The position numbers and the translations under genes are program-made. Positions 42,966 through 48,190 of a DNA stretch of 48,190 nt are shown here, one piece after another. This stretch comes from Clostridia bacterium (GTDB lineage: Bacteria > Bacillota > Clostridia > DUPQ01): positions 1 through 48,190 of the forward strand of contig JBAZFL010000001.1 of the NCBI GenBank assembly GCA_041653455.1, read 5' to 3'. The notes below the pieces were generated by a model. The model was given only the letters and a program-made list of their open reading frames with translations, was not told the origin of the DNA and made no database searches. Each line of letters starts with the position of its first letter. The first letter of the stretch is position 1.

Positions 42966-43409
42966 ATGAGCGATTTTTCAGAACTTTGTCCTTTATTTAA
43001 CACAGGTGTTTACAGTGAAGTAACTTTCGGTCAGTTGAACTTCACCGCTTGTTCAACGACCAATAACGCAATGGTCGGTGCATTGACCGCCGCAAAATAT
43101 CCCGGTTCTTTCAAGTTTCAGAGAACCGTTATTGTAACTAGAATTTATTCACAGAAACTAGGTGCGGCAGGTACGGCAGTTGTTCTTACAGCCGGTCATC
43201 GTGTAGCAACCGGTACAGCGGCAAAGACGGTATTTGCGTCTATTGCTTGGACATCTACTGATACGAAGTTTTTGATTGGTAATGTCCGTAAGTTGACACA
43301 GGCGGCAAACAAGACGTTCTTGGCGGCTGATGTTCTGGACTTTGGTACGAAGACCTCAGTTACAGACCCCGGCAAATATGGAATGATTGTCCGTTACAAA
43401 GAAAAATAA
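42966..43409 (+). CDS. Hypothetical beta-rich, Thr/Ala-rich protein; possible capsid decoration protein or glycosylation substrate
   Basis: 147-aa ORF followed by a strong GC hairpin. No motif recognised. Confidence 0.5.
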   Translation: MSDFSELCPLFNTGVYSEVTFGQLNFTACSTTNNAMVGALTAAKYPGSFKFQRTVIVTRIYSQKLGAAGTAVVLTAGHRVATGTAAKTVFASIAWTSTDTKFLIGNVRKLTQAANKTFLAADVLDFGTKTSVTDPGKYGMIVRYKEK

Positions 43410-43417
43410 TTAAAACA

Positions 43418-43439
43418 GGGGAGGGGTGTAACCCTCCCC
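43418..43439 (+). terminator. Strong GC hairpin (attenuator or partial terminator; no clean T-tract)
   Basis: GGGGAGGG - gtgtaa - CCCTCCCC. Confidence 0.45.
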
Positions 43440-43464
43440 CACCCACCCTATAAGGAGGTTCGGA

Positions 43465-44139
43465 ATGAATTACGCTTTCATCCCTGCGAGAAAGGGATCG
43501 GTAGGCATCCCCGGAAAGAACAAAAAAGACTTCTGCGGAAAGCCACTTGTGCAATGGTCTATTGACCAAGCCAAGGAAAGTAAGCTCTTTGACAAAATAA
43601 TAGTTTCAAGTGATGACGAGGATATTCTTGAAATCGCCAAAAAGTGCAAGGTTACGGCAGTACCAAGAGTTGCAGAGTTATCAGGTGACGATGTAAGGCT
43701 TGATGATGTCATGTTCGACTTATTTGTGAGAAAGGAAAACAAGTGTGATTATATCTGTTTGTTGCAACCTACCTCACCATTAAGAAGCGTGAAGGATATT
43801 ATCTCGACTTATAAGGCCGTTCAGAAAAAGAAGTGGAGTTCAGTTGTTACCGTCCAATGGAATCCTATCATGGGATGGGTAAAAGAACCGTCCAAGGCAG
43901 GTTCAATGTGTTTATACCAGATTCACAAAAGACCAAATCGCCAGACGAGAGACAACTTTTATCTTGAAAATGGTGCGGTATATTGGGTGAAACAAAATGA
44001 GTTCCTGAATATATCAAATAGAATTATTTCTCCGACAAAGACGTTTGTTTATGAAATGCCTCCCGAAAGAAGTCTCGAAGTAGATACTCCGTATGATTGG
44101 TTTCTAGCGGAAAAAACCTACGAATGGATGGCAAAATGA
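43465..44139 (+). CDS. CMP-nonulosonic acid synthetase (acylneuraminate cytidylyltransferase family)
   Basis: AFIPARKGSVGIPGKNKKDFCGKPLVQWSI, IIVSSDDEDI, LLQPTSPLR and ENGAVYW. Confidence 0.8.
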   Translation: MNYAFIPARKGSVGIPGKNKKDFCGKPLVQWSIDQAKESKLFDKIIVSSDDEDILEIAKKCKVTAVPRVAELSGDDVRLDDVMFDLFVRKENKCDYICLLQPTSPLRSVKDIISTYKAVQKKKWSSVVTVQWNPIMGWVKEPSKAGSMCLYQIHKRPNRQTRDNFYLENGAVYWVKQNEFLNISNRIISPTKTFVYEMPPERSLEVDTPYDWFLAEKTYEWMAK

Positions 44140-45746
44140 ACGAAGAACAATTCAGAGGAGTAATAGATTTCTTCAATGACAAGCACCTAGCCCAAGACCC
44201 TAAAAAGGTGTGGAATAAGAACACACTTCAAAATCTACCACGGTGTAGTAAAGAAAAGTCTATCTGGAAGTTAAGGGACAAACACCTCGAGGATGCGATC
44301 ATTATTGTCGGTGCTTCTCCATGCCTTACCGAAGATGTAAAGGAATTGGCAAAACTAGAAAGGAATCCCCACAGAAAAAACTTTGTTGTGATTGTTGTTA
44401 ATTCAGCATTGAAACCTTGTTTGAAAGCCGGAGTAAAACCAGATTATGTAATTGCCATAGACGGTAATCCCGAAACGATTGTTGAGGATCTTAAATGCGA
44501 CAATAAGAACCTTACATTGATTGCAAGCAACAATGTTGCTCCTGAAATCTTTAAAGTATGGAAAGGCAAAAATATATGGTGGTCGCCTTACTACTGCCTG
44601 TCAAAAGAAGTACTTAAAAAAATAAGTCCTATTTTGGGAAAGAGAATGCCTTCCGGCGGGAATACATTTAGTGCTGCAATGGGGATAGGGTACACGGTTT
44701 TTGGTTCTAGGATTTTCATAATGGTCGGGTCTGAACATTGTTACGATGAACAATATTACGCCCACAAAAAAAGCAGATGGGAAAAAACAGACGATCTTTC
44801 CCACTGGAAGGTTCTTGATATAAAAGGTCGTGAACGATGGACGAATATCCCCCTCTGGCAGTATAAAATCTGGATTGAACACATGGCTAACGATTTACCA
44901 CATTGTCATTTTATAGACACATCGTTTGGTTTGCTAGGAACGGACACGAAAAGGATTCAACATATTAGTCTAAAAGAAGCCATAACCAAGACTACAGAGG
45001 CGTTCAATGTTGTATCGCATCAGCACAATGATTCAGTTAATGTGGAAAAGGAACGGTACGATAAAGCGTACGCAACGGGGAAATACACACCTGAAGCGGG
45101 AATTGGGTTGTTTAAAAAGTTATTTAAAAAAGTGACTTTTGGCAATGCAAAGACTTTTCTTGATGTTGGTACTGGGTTCGGTCAGGTTGTGGCATATTTA
45201 AGAAACAAAGGTTACGAATCTTACGGATGTGATTTTTCTGATGGGACAAGGCGATTTTGGGAAATGGGAAACATAACTCAGTTCTGTACCGTATGTCCGG
45301 CACATAAAATGCCTTACCTAGACGATGAGTTTGATGTGGTTAGTTGTACGGAAATGTTTGAACATATACCAGAGGATAAAGTTCTGGACACATTGAAAGA
45401 AATTTACAGGGTAGGACGAGGGGACTTTATCTTTTCATACGCTTTGATGAGGGCATTTCACAAGATGCCTCACGATGGCAGTGAACCTCATATAACACTA
45501 AAAACAAGTGATTGGTGGATTAGGAAGGTACAGGAAGCAGGTTTTAATATTATCGCAGTTATCTTAAGTAAAGAACAGCAAGGAGGCGTTATTTACGCAA
45601 CGAAAGGAAAAAGAGATGCCAAAGGTAAAATGCCCACTCGAACTATGTTCATTCAATCAAAAGAAGGAATGCACCTTGGAGGAAATTTCGCTAATATGGC
45701 GTGCGGCACTGGACTTCCCAAAAGTGGGAACAATAGTTTATGTTGA
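44136..45746 (+). CDS. Maf-like (DUF115) domain fused to a class I SAM-dependent methyltransferase
   Basis: DAIIIVGASPCL, GVKPDYVIAIDGNPE, LTLIASNNVAPEIFKVW and YTVFGSRIFIMVGSEHCY. The C-terminal MTase motifs are FLDVGTGFGQVVAYL, YGCDFS and FDVVSCTEMFEHIPE. Start taken at the ATGA overlap. Confidence 0.65.
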   Translation: MNEEQFRGVIDFFNDKHLAQDPKKVWNKNTLQNLPRCSKEKSIWKLRDKHLEDAIIIVGASPCLTEDVKELAKLERNPHRKNFVVIVVNSALKPCLKAGVKPDYVIAIDGNPETIVEDLKCDNKNLTLIASNNVAPEIFKVWKGKNIWWSPYYCLSKEVLKKISPILGKRMPSGGNTFSAAMGIGYTVFGSRIFIMVGSEHCYDEQYYAHKKSRWEKTDDLSHWKVLDIKGRERWTNIPLWQYKIWIEHMANDLPHCHFIDTSFGLLGTDTKRIQHISLKEAITKTTEAFNVVSHQHNDSVNVEKERYDKAYATGKYTPEAGIGLFKKLFKKVTFGNAKTFLDVGTGFGQVVAYLRNKGYESYGCDFSDGTRRFWEMGNITQFCTVCPAHKMPYLDDEFDVVSCTEMFEHIPEDKVLDTLKEIYRVGRGDFIFSYALMRAFHKMPHDGSEPHITLKTSDWWIRKVQEAGFNIIAVILSKEQQGGVIYATKGKRDAKGKMPTRTMFIQSKEGMHLGGNFANMACGTGLPKSGNNSLC

Positions 45747-45784
45747 GTGCGCCCAATATGAAGGACCGAAAGATAGGGAAGAAC

Positions 45785-46024
45785 ATGAACAAATGCGGAA
45801 ACTGTAAAACCTGTTGCGAGTTCTTCATGGTTACACTAACCGATGTTCCCGATGAAGCAAAAGAATTTTTTAAGACGTGGGGTGTTTTAATGGAAGAAAC
45901 AGGAAACACAACACTATTAAAGATTTACTCCCCATGTCAACACTTAACAGAAAATGGTTGTTCTATATATAAGAAACGACCGAAGTATTGTAGAGAATTT
46001 AGGTGCAACGAAATTGAGAATTAA
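45785..46024 (+). CDS. YkgJ-type CxxCxxCC cysteine-cluster (Fe-S/Zn) protein
   Basis: CGNCKTCCEFF ... CQHLTENGCSIYKKRPKYCREFRC. Confidence 0.6.
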   Translation: MNKCGNCKTCCEFFMVTLTDVPDEAKEFFKTWGVLMEETGNTTLLKIYSPCQHLTENGCSIYKKRPKYCREFRCNEIEN

Positions 46025-46730
46025 TATTGACGTAACCAACCATTGCAATAAGGCGTGTTCAATCTGTCCCATGAAAGACAGATATAAGACTCATTATTTT
46101 CCAATGGGATTCATGGATGTAAAACTTTACACTGATATTATAGACCAACTACTAGGAGGAACGGAAGTTGATTTACATAAGGATGGAGAACCTCTCTTAC
46201 ATCCTAACATTGCTTGGATGATTGCCTATGCTAACGGTAGGGGAATGTTCACGCATCTTGTAACAAACGGTATTTTATTGGGAAGCAAAAAAGAAACAAT
46301 CGTTCATTCAGGATTAGACTTACTGACGGTATCTATAATTGACGATATTCCATACGATAGCATTAATGAATTTATGGAATATAAGGGAGATAAAAAACCG
46401 CACACACAATTAAAACTATATCTTGAAAATGAAGTTCCAATAAATCTTCCTAAGTCGGACGAGGTAATTGTTAGGAAGTTACATAACTGGACAGACGATA
46501 AAGAAAGAAAAACACGAAAACCATGTTCTAAACTTTTAAATTATTCGGCTGTAAATTGTGATGGTGGTTATTCGATATGCTGTGTTGATTATAAAAGAGA
46601 ATTAGTTCCGTTTAACGTGAAACAAGTTCCTTTAGAAAAGTGTTTTGAGTTTTCAAGCATGATTTATAAATGGCAGGAAGAAGGTGTATTTATTGCACCT
46701 TGTACTCACTGTAATTATTGGGAGGGTTAG
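46014..46730 (+). CDS. Radical SAM enzyme with a Cys-rich C-terminal extension
   Basis: NHCNKACSICP (CX3CX2C), KDGEPLLHP (GGE-like), and a C-terminal CSKLL...NCDGGYSICCVDY...APCTHCNYW. A TTG start at 46014 (AGGTG RBS) is preferred over the long ORF-track start at 45954. Confidence 0.7.
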   Translation: MRINIDVTNHCNKACSICPMKDRYKTHYFPMGFMDVKLYTDIIDQLLGGTEVDLHKDGEPLLHPNIAWMIAYANGRGMFTHLVTNGILLGSKKETIVHSGLDLLTVSIIDDIPYDSINEFMEYKGDKKPHTQLKLYLENEVPINLPKSDEVIVRKLHNWTDDKERKTRKPCSKLLNYSAVNCDGGYSICCVDYKRELVPFNVKQVPLEKCFEFSSMIYKWQEEGVFIAPCTHCNYWEG

Positions 46731-46732
46731 AA

Positions 46733-47206
46733 ATGGGATTTATAAATGCAAAAATTAGGGTTTTGGCAAAGACTATCATTCCGGGTTCCACGGGTGAATC
46801 TTCTTATACGGAGATTATAGGCTTGATTCCTAAGAACGCCTATGTGCTACAAAGATTCGGCAGAGTAAAGACTGCGTTCACAGGAGTAACAAAACCTAAA
46901 GTAAGTCTGGGAGTTACTGGGGACACTACCCGTTATATGGTGGCTCAACCAATAGATAATGTGGGAGAGTTCATCATGGGTAAACTACTTAAGTCTTCCA
47001 GTGGAATAAGAAAAACATCTACATTTCTTCCCGATAAATACAAGAAAGACTTGCCTCATTCTATGGGATTTTGCGAGGCAATGCCCAAAGAACAGATTTC
47101 TTCATCTGCAAAACCAATTATTGCAACATTCACAAGTGATTCAACTACGTTTACGGCGACAGCCGGTGAAGTGGAATTTGTTATAGTTTACGTAGATTGT
47201 AATTAA
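46733..47206 (+). CDS. Hypothetical beta-rich, Ser/Thr-rich protein; possible decoration protein or modification substrate
   Basis: GGGAGGG RBS before MGFINAK. Ser/Thr-rich C-terminus: TFTSDSTTFTATAGEVEFVIVYV. Confidence 0.5.
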   Translation: MGFINAKIRVLAKTIIPGSTGESSYTEIIGLIPKNAYVLQRFGRVKTAFTGVTKPKVSLGVTGDTTRYMVAQPIDNVGEFIMGKLLKSSSGIRKTSTFLPDKYKKDLPHSMGFCEAMPKEQISSSAKPIIATFTSDSTTFTATAGEVEFVIVYVDCN

Positions 47207-47284
47207 TTTAATAGCTTCGCTTTTAGCCACGCATAACTTTTCTCCCACCCCCTTTGGCGGTTCGGACACACACAAGGAGCCGCC

Positions 47285-48115
47285 ATGTCCAAGATTGAAA
47301 CAGTAGCTGAAATAGGAATTAACGCCAACGGTAGTATAGACATCGCCAAAAAGATGATTGATGTAGCTGCGTCCGCAGGATGCGATTATGTCAAATTTCA
47401 GAAAAGAAATATTGATTTAGTTTACACCCAAGAAGAACTTGACTCTCCTAGAAAATCACAATGGGGAAATACGTTCCGAGATCAGAAACAAGGATTAGAA
47501 TTTACAAGAACCAATTACGAGGAAATTGCGTTTTACTGCAAGGGTAAAATAGGATGGTTTGCTTCACCGTGGGATTTTGACAGTCTTAAATTTTTAACAA
47601 GTTTTCCTAGTTGTAAATTTGTCAAGATTCCTTCTGCCCTGATTACGGACGAAAAAATACTTTCATGTTGCCGTAACTTCGACAGGAAAGTAATTCTATC
47701 TACCGGAATGTCCACAATGGACATGATTGACAACGCCATCAAGATACTAGGTAAAGATAAAATTTATTGTATTATGCACTGCACTTCTACCTACCCATCA
47801 AAACCTTCAGAATTAAATCTAAACTGTATCAAAACCTTAAAACAAAAATATCCGTGGGCTAAGGTTGGATTCTCTAATCATAACCCCGGAATCATATATA
47901 TGCCTATCGCTGCGGCTCTAGGTGCGGAAATGATTGAGTACCACATAACACTTGACCGTTCAATGGAAGGAAGCGATCAGGCTTCGTCTATAGAACCAGA
48001 GGGATGTTTCAAATTAAACAAATATCTTAAGGGCGCATCAGAGTCTTTGGGTGATGGGATTAAAAAAATATACGACAGTGAATTGCCAATTATAAAGAAG
48101 TTACGAAAGGTATAA
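47285..48115 (+). CDS. NeuB-family nonulosonic acid synthase (sialic / legionaminic / pseudaminic acid synthase-like); no SAF domain
   Basis: AEIGINANGSIDIAKKMIDVAASAGCDYVKFQKR, MHCTSTYPS, VGFSNHNPG and EYHITLDRSMEGSDQASSIEP. At 276 aa it lacks the usual C-terminal SAF domain. Confidence 0.8.
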   Translation: MSKIETVAEIGINANGSIDIAKKMIDVAASAGCDYVKFQKRNIDLVYTQEELDSPRKSQWGNTFRDQKQGLEFTRTNYEEIAFYCKGKIGWFASPWDFDSLKFLTSFPSCKFVKIPSALITDEKILSCCRNFDRKVILSTGMSTMDMIDNAIKILGKDKIYCIMHCTSTYPSKPSELNLNCIKTLKQKYPWAKVGFSNHNPGIIYMPIAAALGAEMIEYHITLDRSMEGSDQASSIEPEGCFKLNKYLKGASESLGDGIKKIYDSELPIIKKLRKV

Positions 48116-48190
48116 CAATGGTTATCTATGTGGACATTGACGGAACAATAGCAACCATTACACCGGACGCAAATTACAGTAACGCACAAC
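48064..48190. repeat. Second copy of the 127-bp terminal redundancy
   Basis: Identical to 1-127. Confidence 0.9.
48118..48190 (+). CDS. Duplicate 5-prime end of the HAD phosphatase gene (same gene as 55-360, truncated by the window end)
   Basis: atggttatctatgtggacattgacgg... is identical to 55 onward. Confidence 0.85.
   Translation, partial: MVIYVDIDGTIATITPDANYSNAQ

Overview
The first 127 bases are identical to the last 127 (1-127 = 48064-48190). The window is therefore one complete, circularly closed or terminally redundant genome of 48,063 bp. Gene content indicates a temperate, short-tailed (podovirus-like) dsDNA bacteriophage; no tape measure, tail tube or sheath gene is recognisable.

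Modules, in order:
- Late/structural operon on the + strand. It runs from 33777 across the window junction to 14433. It holds an HNH endonuclease, a TerS-like protein, a fragmented TerL, portal, scaffold, major capsid, a sugar-modification cassette, adaptor/nozzle-like proteins, internal virion proteins, fibres with a beta-helix tailspike, and lysis genes (M15 endolysin plus 3TM holin).
- Integration module: a tyrosine integrase next to a tRNA-3-prime-like attP core, flanked by phased CTTCTAA repeats.
- Leftward early operon (about 22661 down to 16124): an HNH endonuclease, ERF-type annealase, YqaJ exonuclease, NinB-like and YopX-like proteins.
- Genetic switch: a CI-like repressor, divergent promoters sharing a 17-bp operator motif, and an RHH Cro-like gene.
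- Rightward early/middle operon: three tandem DNA methyltransferases, a NinG-like protein, a P-loop helicase with GTGAC iterons, a metallophosphoesterase, an HExxH protein and a Com-like zinc finger.
- A short leftward cassette (32311-33307) next to an AT-rich region with three DnaA boxes.

The most interesting feature is a cassette inserted between the major capsid gene and the adaptor gene (41990-48190, continuing at 1-668). It encodes a NeuB-family nonulosonic acid synthase, a mini HAD phosphatase and a CMP-nonulosonate cytidylyltransferase. It also encodes two Maf/DUF115-type glycosyltransferase-like paralogs (one fused to a SAM methyltransferase), a CxxCxxCC protein and a radical SAM enzyme. 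Three small beta-rich proteins of unknown function are interleaved. I read this as a candidate phage-encoded, sialic-acid-like virion glycosylation system.

All functional calls rest on motifs read by eye. No database search was possible.
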